A DNA stretch of 54,353 nucleotides from the IMG/VR virus record IMGVR_UViG_3300034082_002556; one strand, 5' to 3'. Under the pieces are notes generated by a model, which was not told the DNA's origin, searched no databases, and worked only from the letters and a program-made list of their open reading frames with translations. Below are positions 10,706 through 20,823 of this stretch, one piece after another. A program made the position numbers and the translations under genes. This DNA comes from an uncultured virus (IMG/VR IMGVR_UViG_3300034082_002556) (taxonomy: Duplodnaviria; Heunggongvirae; Uroviricota; Caudoviricetes). Each line of letters starts with the position of its first letter. Positions within the stretch are counted from its first letter, which is position 1.

Positions 10706-11780
10706 TAAAATTCAAATGACCCTGCGTGATATACGCACAGGCAATTTATTACCATTACACATTGACGTAATGGATTCATCATTGTCACGCAAATGGCTTG
10801 GCGCACTGAATCAATTGCTAAAGAACAACTATCATCTAGAAAAGAATTACTGTTTTCTGGGATTTGCACAAAGCCAGCGCAACGGTGCGTACATACTAGA
10901 CCAAATAAACACCAGCATCCAGGCAATAAATTCAGCTGATCTGGGATACACAATACATGATCACTTTTCACTTAGTGACTGTTTGATTCCCGGACCATTT
11001 GACGAACACACCCCTGGGGGTATGGTCAACCAGCAACGCATGAACATGTTGCACAGATACTTTGAAGACCTTCAAGGGGTCAGTGGCCAAATGAGCCAGT
11101 TGTACACTGCGGCCAACGGCACCACTCGCTGGCACATACGACAGCTGAATTTGCTGTGTCATGAATTTGAATCCTGGGTACTCAGCAATAGAAAACTACA
11201 CACAGCGCCAGAATGGCAACGTCCCAGTCAACTCATGTGCTGGCTGCATGCACCGAGGTTTGTGCTAGATCAACACGACTATGAGTTGTTTGGGGTTGAT
11301 ACCATTAATCGTGCTCAGGGCGGGGTGTTTGTTGGGGTCAACAAAGCAGTGGGCAAACATCATTGGGAAGTGTTTAATGATGAAGGTCGCAGTGTGGACG
11401 AATTAACAACCAGCACCCTGCGCAGTCAGACTGAAGCTGCTGGAGATTTTGATATTGAATGGGGTGTGAACCCTGCTGGACGTGATTGGCAAGTGCGCAA
11501 GTTGGCAGAATTTAGATCATGGCTACGAGATAATGGATTTGATCCGGAAGATCCAGCTCTGACCATTGGACATCCACAAGTGGCGCAGATTGATTTGCAC
11601 AGTAGTTTTGGAACCCAGGACTATTTGTCTGTGTGGCAACAACTCTATAAATATTTGGATGTATACAGTATTCGTACCAGCGATGCTGTGGCAACATACG
11701 ATTATCACTGGAGTGACAGCAATTTTACGGCATCACAAGTGGCCATTATTGAACAAGGACGCACACATGAACTGGATTAA
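10692..11780 (+). CDS. hypothetical protein
   Basis: 362-aa ORF; shares N.LHRY and LN...H..E motifs with 40408..41295. Confidence 0.75.
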   Translation: MKLLDKIQMTLRDIRTGNLLPLHIDVMDSSLSRKWLGALNQLLKNNYHLEKNYCFLGFAQSQRNGAYILDQINTSIQAINSADLGYTIHDHFSLSDCLIPGPFDEHTPGGMVNQQRMNMLHRYFEDLQGVSGQMSQLYTAANGTTRWHIRQLNLLCHEFESWVLSNRKLHTAPEWQRPSQLMCWLHAPRFVLDQHDYELFGVDTINRAQGGVFVGVNKAVGKHHWEVFNDEGRSVDELTTSTLRSQTEAAGDFDIEWGVNPAGRDWQVRKLAEFRSWLRDNGFDPEDPALTIGHPQVAQIDLHSSFGTQDYLSVWQQLYKYLDVYSIRTSDAVATYDYHWSDSNFTASQVAIIEQGRTHELD

Positions 11781-11868
11781 GAACATAATCAATCGAATCA
11801 AATTGGAAATTCACTACCGCCGAAAGCTCAAAGAGTTACGCAAACGAGACCCATTTATCTACAAATGA
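11767..11868 (+). CDS. small basic protein (33 aa)
   Basis: MNWIKNIINRIKLEIHYRRKLKELRKRDPFIYK, AAGGA upstream, ATGA overlap with the next gene. Confidence 0.6.
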   Translation: MNWIKNIINRIKLEIHYRRKLKELRKRDPFIYK

Positions 11869-13352
11869 ATATACTGGGAATCGCAGCTGGATTTCATGAT
11901 GCGGCAGCCACAGTGATATCTCCCCAGGGTGATATCTTGTTTGCTGGACATAGTGAACGCTACAGCAAGAAAAAAAATGACGAAAACCTATGTCTTGAAT
12001 TGATTCAAGATGCCGTGGATTATGGCAACACAATCAATCAGATTGCCTACTATGAACGACCATGGTTGAAACAGTTGCGACAATTGTACTCGGGACAGGG
12101 CATAGAATGGAACAAGTTAACAGCTAGACGCATCATCAATGATCAATTAGGCGGCCTGGTCACGTTGCCAGCACGCATCAGCACGCACAGCCATCATCTC
12201 AGTCATGCAGCCGGTGGATTCCAAACCAGCCCGTTTGATCGTGCTACTGTGGTGGTAATTGATGCCATTGGGGAATTTGACACAATAACAATATGGGCGG
12301 CAGAATATGATAAATTTGGTAAAGCGCATTATCGCAAGATGTGGAGCCAGTGTTATCCGCATAGCATCGGACTCTTTTATTCAGCAGCGACTGGCCGCGT
12401 TGGCCTACGTGTACTAGACGAAGAGTATATACTAATGGGCATGGCTGCATATGGCGACCGCAAAATGTCCAACAAGTTTAAATATGATTTTGTTGCCGAC
12501 GAATGGAATATCAAGTTTACACAAAATCTGCACACAGGAATAGACAAATCTTATCTTGAAAAATCAAATGACATGGACTTGGCTGCTGGTGCTCAGGAAC
12601 TGGCAGAGCAGTTGATTCTAAATGTGATGTTACGTGCAAGACAATTCAACTGGAGCAACAATCTGGTTTACATGGGCGGGGTTGCACTTAATTGTGCAGC
12701 CAATGCACGAATAGGGCGTTACTTTGATAATATATGGATTATGCCTTGCCCGGGTGATGCTGGCAGCAGTCTTGGCGCTGCCGCACTGACTCTTGGGCGC
12801 AAAATCAACTGGCAAAATGCTTTTTTGGGTCATGATATTCCTGGTCCCTATCCCGTTAACAGTATCCTGGATCGGCTACTGGCTGACAAAATTGTAGGAG
12901 TTGCCTCGGGCCGGGCTGAGTTTGGTCCCAGAGCCCTAGGAAATCGCAGTTTACTGGCTGACCCCAGAGGTCAAGAAATCAAGGAGAAAGTAAATGACAT
13001 CAAACGACGACAACAATTCAGACCTTTTGCGCCCGTTATTTTGGAAGAATTGGCTGATACTTACTTTGATATGCCTGGGGGTTTCGGCAACAGTAGGTAT
13101 ATGCAGTCAGTCGCTCGTTGCAGGGTTCCTGACTTATTTCCTGCTATCGTTCACGCTGACGGTACTAGTCGTGTACAGACAGTGCCGCGAGATGGAAGTG
13201 GAATTAGAGAACTGCTCGAAAAGTGGTACGTCATGACCGACTGCCCCATGTTGCTCAACACCAGCCTTAACATACGTGGTGAGCCCATGGTCAACAATCG
13301 AGCAGATGCAGATAGATTTGAACAACAATACGGAGTGAAAGTATGCAGTTAG
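11865..13352 (+). CDS. carbamoyltransferase (NodU/CmcH family)
   Basis: FHDAAA, ER.S.KK, HHLSHA, GGVALNC, EFGPRALGNRSLLADP, FRPFAP, LNTSLN. Confidence 0.95.
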   Translation: MNILGIAAGFHDAAATVISPQGDILFAGHSERYSKKKNDENLCLELIQDAVDYGNTINQIAYYERPWLKQLRQLYSGQGIEWNKLTARRIINDQLGGLVTLPARISTHSHHLSHAAGGFQTSPFDRATVVVIDAIGEFDTITIWAAEYDKFGKAHYRKMWSQCYPHSIGLFYSAATGRVGLRVLDEEYILMGMAAYGDRKMSNKFKYDFVADEWNIKFTQNLHTGIDKSYLEKSNDMDLAAGAQELAEQLILNVMLRARQFNWSNNLVYMGGVALNCAANARIGRYFDNIWIMPCPGDAGSSLGAAALTLGRKINWQNAFLGHDIPGPYPVNSILDRLLADKIVGVASGRAEFGPRALGNRSLLADPRGQEIKEKVNDIKRRQQFRPFAPVILEELADTYFDMPGGFGNSRYMQSVARCRVPDLFPAIVHADGTSRVQTVPRDGSGIRELLEKWYVMTDCPMLLNTSLNIRGEPMVNNRADADRFEQQYGVKVCS

Positions 13353-13579
13353 TAGAAACACACAAACGAACAATAACAAGAATGCTCACATATAGATTGA
13401 CCGCTTGGTCATTTACAATATTGTGGACCTATATGTTTACTGGAAATATTGCCAGTGCCACAGGATTTGCAACAGCATTGCATATACTGTTAAGCATTGA
13501 CTATTATATCCATGAACGCATTTGGCTAAAAATCAAATGGGGTCTTAAAGATACCGTTCAAGCCCGCCCCGACGCCTGA
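13343..13579 (+). CDS. DUF2061-like small membrane protein
   Basis: ETHKRTI...TYR, two hydrophobic segments, YYIHERIW..IKWG. Confidence 0.8.
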   Translation: MQLVETHKRTITRMLTYRLTAWSFTILWTYMFTGNIASATGFATALHILLSIDYYIHERIWLKIKWGLKDTVQARPDA

Positions 13580-14594
13580 TGTCCTGGGTACAGCAACTGA
13601 TTCCCCCATCCCAGAAATAACTGTGTCGTAGCTCAGATATAATGGGATTGATTTTGTGTTGTTGGCAAAAATCAAATACTGATTTGTTGTAGGCTGAGAA
13701 GATGACATTTTGTTCGTCTAGTACCAAGCAGTTGACGTCAAACACTGTTTCGGCCACAAAGCCAGTCCATTTAGTCAAGTATGTGTCTACATACTGTTTG
13801 AAGTTGTCGCTAGGTGTTTGTCCCTGTATGTACCAAGCACCTGCATTGCTTTGATTTTTAAACTGTCCCATGGCAATGGCAGCATCAATACTGGAATCCA
13901 ACACACGCAAGACTTCCCAGCCTGGAAAGTCACGATCAAAGTGCAAGTTTTCATCGTGCTTGCTTGACAAGATAACACCAGGCTTGAGAATGGCAAAAAC
14001 AGCATCTCCGTGGCCATCTGTAACTGCTTCGTGAACACGGTGTTGCTTGCTCAGGCAGTTGTCAACAATCCATTGTGTTTGATCTGGACGCAAGTAATCA
14101 CTATTGTCAAAAAACACATCAAGGCCAACTCGCACAATACAACTGGCACTGGCACCGACTAACACACAGTCAGGATCATGTATGCCATCCACGTGCCGAA
14201 TTCCGTGATCATGATGAGGACTGCGCACTTGATCTCCGTACTGATCACAAATATGATCCAGTTCTTTTAATGGCAGTATGCGTAACAGTGTTTCGCCAAG
14301 AGTGATTTGCCAATCTCTAGGAGTCAATGGGGGTAGCGGAATTGGTCTGCCAAACGTTTGAAACTTTTGAAATCTGTCTTTGTCAGGCAAGTCTGGGCGT
14401 TGCACAATTGCTCCGTACCGCTCAATGGTCTTTTGCAAGTTGTCCAGATCTTCAGCTGTTTCAGCAAGAATTTGCTGTAGTTGATTTCGCACTTGTGCAT
14501 CTTCGATGAAATCAAAGTAGTCTGGACTGTAGGCTCGCCCCACAACAACTTCTTCTAATGGTTGCCAACTGGTGTGGCTGCTAACTCTAGGCAT
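13545..14594 (-). CDS. amidinotransferase family protein (glycine/inosamine amidinotransferase-like)
   Basis: WQPLEEVVVG, PRD, HGD, FDVN, YFWDGGISCCT.DIRR with the catalytic Cys region. Confidence 0.85.
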   Translation of the reverse strand: MPRVSSHTSWQPLEEVVVGRAYSPDYFDFIEDAQVRNQLQQILAETAEDLDNLQKTIERYGAIVQRPDLPDKDRFQKFQTFGRPIPLPPLTPRDWQITLGETLLRILPLKELDHICDQYGDQVRSPHHDHGIRHVDGIHDPDCVLVGASASCIVRVGLDVFFDNSDYLRPDQTQWIVDNCLSKQHRVHEAVTDGHGDAVFAILKPGVILSSKHDENLHFDRDFPGWEVLRVLDSSIDAAIAMGQFKNQSNAGAWYIQGQTPSDNFKQYVDTYLTKWTGFVAETVFDVNCLVLDEQNVIFSAYNKSVFDFCQQHKINPIISELRHSYFWDGGISCCTQDIRRRGGLERYL

Positions 14595-15733
14595 TTTGTC
14601 TCCATGTGTTTTATTAAATTATTTAATGGTAGTTGTCCACGACTGGCAAACAACTGTTGGTTATGCAGTATGTCCGGAAGACAACGGCGGAACCAGGTCA
14701 ATCGATCAAATTCGTTATTGATTTTTGCAATGGTATTCTGTATTGCGGCCCACCTGCCACGATTGTCATGAATACTATCATAACTGTTGTCTATCACATG
14801 ATCAAATGTGCGATACCCCAGTGCCCGTAGTGCCTCTAGACTTCCTGCACATCCGATTATCACAAATGGCTGTCCATACTTGATGGGCTTGAATGTTTTT
14901 TCTGTCAAGAATGCACCCAAGCTCTGATCAACATCGTACAGTGTTTCCAACACAATATTACAATAAGAATTGGTAAACAGGTCCAGATTTACATCACTGT
15001 GTTGGTTTTGTTTGTCGGCATCGGCAGTGTCACACACATACGGTCCGTGTGCAATGAACTCTAGCACACGACGATACTGTTTGGGGTGCCAGGCACGTAT
15101 GGGATTGTTTTCGTTAGAGTCATTGATGTCTACCAGAGTGTTGTAGCTCCAGAGACTTTGATCTAGATAACCGGCATGTTTTAGCTCGCTCATGACTGTG
15201 GCACGCCACCATTTGTGTGTTCGACTCAGTGCTGTAAACGTATAGTCACGTGGTTGATTTGTTGCTGGTTGGCTGACCTGGAATCGATTTATGTGTCGGA
15301 AAAAGTACTCGTGATCTGGAAAGTATATACCTTGTGACACTTGATCGGCTGCTGTGTTAGCACTGATCAATAGTGCATGTGGCAGTGAATATGTGTCACA
15401 CAATTGATTCAATCGTTGGATTATCAATTGAGGATTGTCTCCTTCGTGATAGTAAAACAACAATTGAATGTGTTTGTTTTGAACACGCTTGATCAGTGCC
15501 GGGGTCATCAATGACATGTAATCACAAGAGTGATCAAACCAGCTTATACCAATGGGGTACCAGGCGCCCGGGGGTGCTTGCTCTACTGTGGATTCTGCAC
15601 AGGGTATTCCGTGAGATTTTAAATACAGACTCAGTCTTGGCAACACTGTGAATGGCCACTGGGTATCATAACTACCATCTGTTGCAAGTGCTAGATTTGG
15701 GCGGCCAACTTGATCGTAACACAAGTGAATCAT
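14555..15733 (-). CDS. glycosyltransferase-like protein (ET...TEK family)
   Basis: NIVLET, LTEKTFKPI, GYRTF...DNSYD. Confidence 0.6.
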   Translation of the reverse strand: MIHLCYDQVGRPNLALATDGSYDTQWPFTVLPRLSLYLKSHGIPCAESTVEQAPPGAWYPIGISWFDHSCDYMSLMTPALIKRVQNKHIQLLFYYHEGDNPQLIIQRLNQLCDTYSLPHALLISANTAADQVSQGIYFPDHEYFFRHINRFQVSQPATNQPRDYTFTALSRTHKWWRATVMSELKHAGYLDQSLWSYNTLVDINDSNENNPIRAWHPKQYRRVLEFIAHGPYVCDTADADKQNQHSDVNLDLFTNSYCNIVLETLYDVDQSLGAFLTEKTFKPIKYGQPFVIIGCAGSLEALRALGYRTFDHVIDNSYDSIHDNRGRWAAIQNTIAKINNEFDRLTWFRRCLPDILHNQQLFASRGQLPLNNLIKHMETKCLELAATPVGNH

Positions 15734-16839
15734 GAAAAATCTTTGCGCAAGTTTTGTAACATCGTTGTAAATTCAGACCAAAGCACTGTTTCAAATCCAC
15801 CATTATAAAAATGATTCCAGTTGTGCTCAATTATGCTGTGGGCTGCCTTAAAAATATCTTGCTTGTGCAACGGTGACAGGCAGTCTAGGCCTTTAAGGGT
15901 CTGTGCTATCATCTGAATTCTCACAGCGGTGTCCGGCTCGTTGTCATAACTTTCATCCCAAAGCCCATCAAAAGTTTTAAACCCATATTGACGCAGATAT
16001 TTCAAACTGCCCTGTGTGCCCACTACCATAAATGGCATACCCAGGGCAATGGGTTTGAATATCTTTTCAGTCAAGTGCTGACGCTGACCTTGAGCCACAG
16101 TTTCAGTCACAAGATACAGCAAACTATCAGCACATTCATCAAACAAACTTAACCAACAACTGTGCATGGGGTGATTGACTTCTCCGGCAAAATTTAACGG
16201 CAACGGTGGTTTTGCAAATACTGATGCTATGTCGGGGTACTGTGGCAATAGCGGAGAAATTGCATCGTGTATACTGACATTTTCTGCTGGACATGTTTTG
16301 GGACAACTGATGTGGTTGTCCATCATGTCTAGTTTAAATATCCAATATAACATTTGCAATCTGTGTGCCCTGTGTCCAGCAATGATCCTGTTGGGGGCTA
16401 TGAATGTTTTGGTAGGAACACGGTCAGCCCAGGGCTGAATCAAAAAGGTTTTATTGTACCCTCGATACCAATCCAGTGCTGCCCACCCATGAAAGAAGTA
16501 ATAGTAGTGCTGCCAGTTAAATTGACTACATACTTGTTCAACTGCCTGGCTTTGATATTCACTAGTGATAATAGCTTGATGAGTAGCGCCTGTGTTTTGA
16601 TTCAAGTCTCGATTTCGTCTCACTGCATCTTCAAATAACGGAATGTGTGTGTCCAGATGAATAGGCTCTTGGTCATGAAATAATATATAATTAGAATCGT
16701 GTACACTACTTCCATAATTGATCAAACTCTCAGCATCGCTTCGCCCCGGCGGATCGCACATGAACATTCTAGTTCCGGGCATGAACCTGTTTATATAGGG
16801 CTTGAATGTGTTGTTATAAATCTCGTCGATTCTAATCAT
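15730..16839 (-). CDS. glycosyltransferase-like protein (ET...TEK family)
   Basis: YLVTET, LTEKIFKPI, GFKTF...DESYD. Confidence 0.6.
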   Translation of the reverse strand: MIRIDEIYNNTFKPYINRFMPGTRMFMCDPPGRSDAESLINYGSSVHDSNYILFHDQEPIHLDTHIPLFEDAVRRNRDLNQNTGATHQAIITSEYQSQAVEQVCSQFNWQHYYYFFHGWAALDWYRGYNKTFLIQPWADRVPTKTFIAPNRIIAGHRAHRLQMLYWIFKLDMMDNHISCPKTCPAENVSIHDAISPLLPQYPDIASVFAKPPLPLNFAGEVNHPMHSCWLSLFDECADSLLYLVTETVAQGQRQHLTEKIFKPIALGMPFMVVGTQGSLKYLRQYGFKTFDGLWDESYDNEPDTAVRIQMIAQTLKGLDCLSPLHKQDIFKAAHSIIEHNWNHFYNGGFETVLWSEFTTMLQNLRKDFS

Positions 16840-18454
16840 GTTTGATGTATTTTATATTGGAGCCAAACCCAACTTGTTCCCACACGAGCAGGCTGTGAAT
16901 TCTTTGGCAGAGGCATGTGAAAAAAGTCGTACGCGGGCATGTTGGATTGTCAACTACTTATCGGACTATCAGGGCTTTGACTTTCTTTGGGTGCCCAGCC
17001 CTTGGCAAGCTGATCAAACACATGTTTGGCCCAGTCAGCATCAAGCCAACGGCGGCACCTACTTGTTGCCCAAATCTGGCATGAGTGATATCAATCGAGA
17101 TCATGCTGTGATCAATCGTGGTCAATCAGTTCCAATCATTGCAATTGATCACGGCAACGGATTTGAAACCGCATACGACACAGTCACTCGATACGTAAGC
17201 GATTATCTAGGCACTCTACGCAGAGTATTAAAAAATGTAAAGCATGAATATGTGTGGGTGGTATCAAGTGTTTGCGATTACAGCAACTTTGATTTTACTT
17301 GGCATCCAAGCGAATGGCAGAACAACATGTTGCATGTGTTTGCCAGCAACGAACAGAAATTTGGTGATACTTTTTATGTGCACGTGCCTAGCTTTTTACA
17401 GAAAACTGAAAGCTTGAAAGTTTTGGAATGGTTTGAGACTTTGCATTTTGTTGAAGATATAGTTGTGCCTCGATTGCCCATGCCAGAAGTTGAGTACACA
17501 CATGACAGTCTAGCAACTGCTATTTGGGAACATGAATTCACCACTCCCTTGGTGCAGTTTCATCAAGGCACCAGCATGGGCACACATGCTCCCACAGTAA
17601 GTTTGTGGCAAGAGCGTACCAAAACAGTTACACCACTCAGCAACGATCATGGCACAGCAGTGGTACCTAGGGAATGTAAAAATTACATCAAAACACAAGT
17701 ATACGATTATCCTTATATTGATAAAAGTAAAATTTGTCTCAAGACTCATCCCTTGGACATTGTGTTTATCAGCAATGGCGAACCCAATGCCAAGTCTAAT
17801 TATTTGCAGATGACAGTGTATCTGGCCAATGAGTCAAGGTACACAAATCGCGTTCATGTGATAGAGGGTGTAAATGGACGAGTGGCAGCATACCACGCGG
17901 CTGCCAGAGCCAGCACCACGCCTTGGTTCTTTGCGGTGTTTGCCAAGCTAGAAGTAAATCAAAGGTTTGATTGGACCTGGCAACCTGATCGTATGCAACA
18001 GCCCAAGCACTATATTTTTCATGCTGGTAATCCTGTGAATGGACTGGTATACGGACACCAAGCCATGATTGCCTACAACCGGCAGTTGGTGTTGGAGAAC
18101 ACAGGTGTTGGCTTGGACTTTACTCTAGATCAACCGCACGAAGTTGTACCTATTATCAGTGGCACAGCCATGTATGCTGAATCGCCTTGGATGGCCTGGC
18201 GCACTGCATTCCGTGAAGTACTAAAACTTCGTGCAAGTTTACCCGACGTGGAAAACGAGTACCGACTAAAGGTTTGGCTAAAGGAAGACTCAGGTACTAT
18301 TGCCAATGGTCATTGGAGCCACAAAGGTGCACAAGATGCTGTGGAGTATTACGAAGCAGTCAATGGTGATCCCACTGAACTCCGCAAGAGCTACGAGTGG
18401 GATTGGTTGGCAAGTTATGCGTTTATGAAACGCAATCTACTAACTGATCGCTGA
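16838..18454 (+). CDS. multi-domain glycosyltransferase-related phage protein
   Basis: Repeated FDF.W.P..W units; C-terminal DIVFISNGEP...AWRTAFRE similar to 630..1556. Confidence 0.6.
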   Translation: MFDVFYIGAKPNLFPHEQAVNSLAEACEKSRTRACWIVNYLSDYQGFDFLWVPSPWQADQTHVWPSQHQANGGTYLLPKSGMSDINRDHAVINRGQSVPIIAIDHGNGFETAYDTVTRYVSDYLGTLRRVLKNVKHEYVWVVSSVCDYSNFDFTWHPSEWQNNMLHVFASNEQKFGDTFYVHVPSFLQKTESLKVLEWFETLHFVEDIVVPRLPMPEVEYTHDSLATAIWEHEFTTPLVQFHQGTSMGTHAPTVSLWQERTKTVTPLSNDHGTAVVPRECKNYIKTQVYDYPYIDKSKICLKTHPLDIVFISNGEPNAKSNYLQMTVYLANESRYTNRVHVIEGVNGRVAAYHAAARASTTPWFFAVFAKLEVNQRFDWTWQPDRMQQPKHYIFHAGNPVNGLVYGHQAMIAYNRQLVLENTGVGLDFTLDQPHEVVPIISGTAMYAESPWMAWRTAFREVLKLRASLPDVENEYRLKVWLKEDSGTIANGHWSHKGAQDAVEYYEAVNGDPTELRKSYEWDWLASYAFMKRNLLTDR

Positions 18455-19529
18455 CATATTCAACTTCAAGATCTGTTAACTCAGGATAGATAGGCAAACT
18501 CAGTACTCGTCGACACAGTGCACTGGCTGAACTCAACAAGTCGGGTCCTGGATATTGTCTATAAGCACCCAGTTCGTGCAAGGGATACTCATAATGCACT
18601 TTGGTTTCGATTTTGCGTAGAGATAGATTCTTTTTTACAATGTCTCGTTGATCAATGTCAACTACAAATTTATGAAAGCAATGTTCCTGGTTATTGCTGT
18701 CATTGATTAAACATCTAATGGGACTTTTCTTGAATCGATCAATCCAGTAATTGGCAATGTTACGTCTACGATGTTGCCATTGATCAATATACTGAGCTTT
18801 CACACGCATGGTTGCACAATCAATCTCGCTCATTCTGCTGTTGGTACCTGGTTGGTGATTGCTGGGTTTACCATTGTCTCTCCAGGATCGTGCATGATTG
18901 GCTAGACTGATGTTGTTGGTTACCACAGCACCGCCATTGCCATAATTGGCTAGATTTTTCATTGGGTCAAAGCTAACAGCAGCCGCCTCACCTAGTCTAA
19001 CACACCCGGCACTGAGCCAGTGTTGAGCAGCATCCTCAATTATTGCAACATCTTGCAATTGCCAGTCGTCCCATTGTCGGGAATTTTTATAATGCAACAC
19101 ACTGGCACCATACAAGCCCACCAGCACAACAGCATCGTACCCTAGTGTGGATGGGATACGGTTGAGATCCAACAGTCCATGTACATCAGTGTCAACAAAG
19201 TAAACATCCCACCCTGCATTGATAAATGCATTAGCAGTGGCCACGTAAGTTACTGATGGAAGCAATACCCTGGGAGGGTCGGAGATGTCTGCTTGACCTG
19301 CATAATAGCTAGCAATAATTTCCAGTGCATGTGTACCACTGTGGCAAGTCACTGCATATCTTGCGTGATTCTTTTGAGCCAACCAGTGTTCAAACTCTAG
19401 TGTATGATTGCCATTCATGAGTTGTCCAGATCGCAGTACCTCATCCACAGAATTCAGTATTTCTGTGCGAAGATTATTGTACTGTTTTCGCAATCCAGTA
19501 AACGGAATAGTAAGACCAGTGGCTGTCAT
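18423..19529 (-). CDS. DegT/DnrJ/EryC1/StrS PLP-dependent sugar aminotransferase
   Basis: SGTHAL, EDAAQ, SFDPMKNL..YGNGG, NSRM, LSLPIYPEL. Confidence 0.93.
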   Translation of the reverse strand: MTATGLTIPFTGLRKQYNNLRTEILNSVDEVLRSGQLMNGNHTLEFEHWLAQKNHARYAVTCHSGTHALEIIASYYAGQADISDPPRVLLPSVTYVATANAFINAGWDVYFVDTDVHGLLDLNRIPSTLGYDAVVLVGLYGASVLHYKNSRQWDDWQLQDVAIIEDAAQHWLSAGCVRLGEAAAVSFDPMKNLANYGNGGAVVTNNISLANHARSWRDNGKPSNHQPGTNSRMSEIDCATMRVKAQYIDQWQHRRRNIANYWIDRFKKSPIRCLINDSNNQEHCFHKFVVDIDQRDIVKKNLSLRKIETKVHYEYPLHELGAYRQYPGPDLLSSASALCRRVLSLPIYPELTDLEVEYVSDQLVDCVS

Positions 19530-20485
19530 TTGTTCCAATAAGACGATTCGCTCAACCACTTGTAGTAATTTTGGAATCCTTGTTCAACATCTACCTTGGG
19601 ATCAAAACCAAGAATGGTTCGTGCACGGTCAATGTTCAGTGCGCCACGGCTGGGAAAGTCTGCATCCTTGTCTCGAACTTCAATCTTGCCCCGCCCCACA
19701 ATACCTGTGATCATTTCGGCAGCTTGCAGTAGACTCACACTGTGGCTCTTGGTAATGTTAAACGTCATATCACGACATGTGATACGTGTGGCTGCTGATA
19801 CCACACCGTCGGCAGCATCGTCAACATAGGTAAAGTCCAGTGTTTCGCCTGCCCCGTTTACTTTGAGAGTTTCATCTCGCATGGCAGTGAGCATGAACTT
19901 TGCAACTACACGATCTTCCACATCCAGTGGTCCATACACAGCACTAGGTCTAAGAATAACATATTCCATACCAGTGCGGCGAGCATAGTCTTTGACCAAC
20001 CATTCACCGGCCAGTTTCATAATGCCGTATTGCCCTTGTGGGCTACACTCATCATCTTCTAACACTTGGTCATCAAAGTCTCCGTACACCATGCTTGAAC
20101 TAATGTATACAAAACGTTCTACACCATGCTTTTTGGCACTCTCCAACAGGTTGATCAAGCCACGCATCATGACGTCAGCACCATGTGCAGGGTTGGCATT
20201 GACCACTTTCTGTCGAGGGAAACTAGCACAGTGAATGATCACCCGGGGGTTTTCTTTTTCTACAATATGATCAATTTCGTAACTGTCTGTGATACACTGA
20301 TTGTAGTATGTGTGATCGGTGAGCTTTTTGAGTCGTTCGCCAATCAAGTAATCAATCTCTGCTTGTGGGATGATTCCATAAGTGGTGTGTGTGTCCACAA
20401 CACTGACTGTTTCGCCACGTGCCTGAAGACGTTGTACCACGTTGTGTCCAATCAGACCATGTCCACCAGTTACTAAAATATTCAT
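19526..20485 (-). CDS. NAD-dependent epimerase/dehydratase (extended SDR)
   Basis: TGGHGLIG, ISSSMVYG, YGIMK, DFTYVDD. Confidence 0.95.
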   Translation of the reverse strand: MNILVTGGHGLIGHNVVQRLQARGETVSVVDTHTTYGIIPQAEIDYLIGERLKKLTDHTYYNQCITDSYEIDHIVEKENPRVIIHCASFPRQKVVNANPAHGADVMMRGLINLLESAKKHGVERFVYISSSMVYGDFDDQVLEDDECSPQGQYGIMKLAGEWLVKDYARRTGMEYVILRPSAVYGPLDVEDRVVAKFMLTAMRDETLKVNGAGETLDFTYVDDAADGVVSAATRITCRDMTFNITKSHSVSLLQAAEMITGIVGRGKIEVRDKDADFPSRGALNIDRARTILGFDPKVDVEQGFQNYYKWLSESSYWNK

Positions 20486-20823
20486 ACCTTGAATCTCAAT
20501 CTAAAATAAGTTTCGTTTTGTTCACTAAGCCGGGCCATTACAATGTATCTATAACCATGTATTTCATAACTAGATGATCTAACCCAATATGGTGTTTCTT
20601 CTGCATTTTCTATACACCATTTGCCAACTTCGCTTTCGGCCCACTTGTGCAACGGTCTGGCTGCAAACAAGTCAGGGTCATCTACATCACCTAGGATAAA
20701 TTCATGCACTTGTACATCTCGAAACCGAACTGCACGATCGGCAATTACCTTGACTTCTTCAGATTTAAAATGACGCCACTGAGCGTGTTCTTTGCGTGTT
20801 ATTGCCATAACACATTGTAGCAT
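20482..20823 (-). CDS. hypothetical protein
   Basis: ORF coupled to neighbours; true start may be the ATG at 20808. Confidence 0.65.
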   Translation of the reverse strand: MLQCVMAITRKEHAQWRHFKSEEVKVIADRAVRFRDVQVHEFILGDVDDPDLFAARPLHKWAESEVGKWCIENAEETPYWVRSSSYEIHGYRYIVMARLSEQNETYFRLRFKV

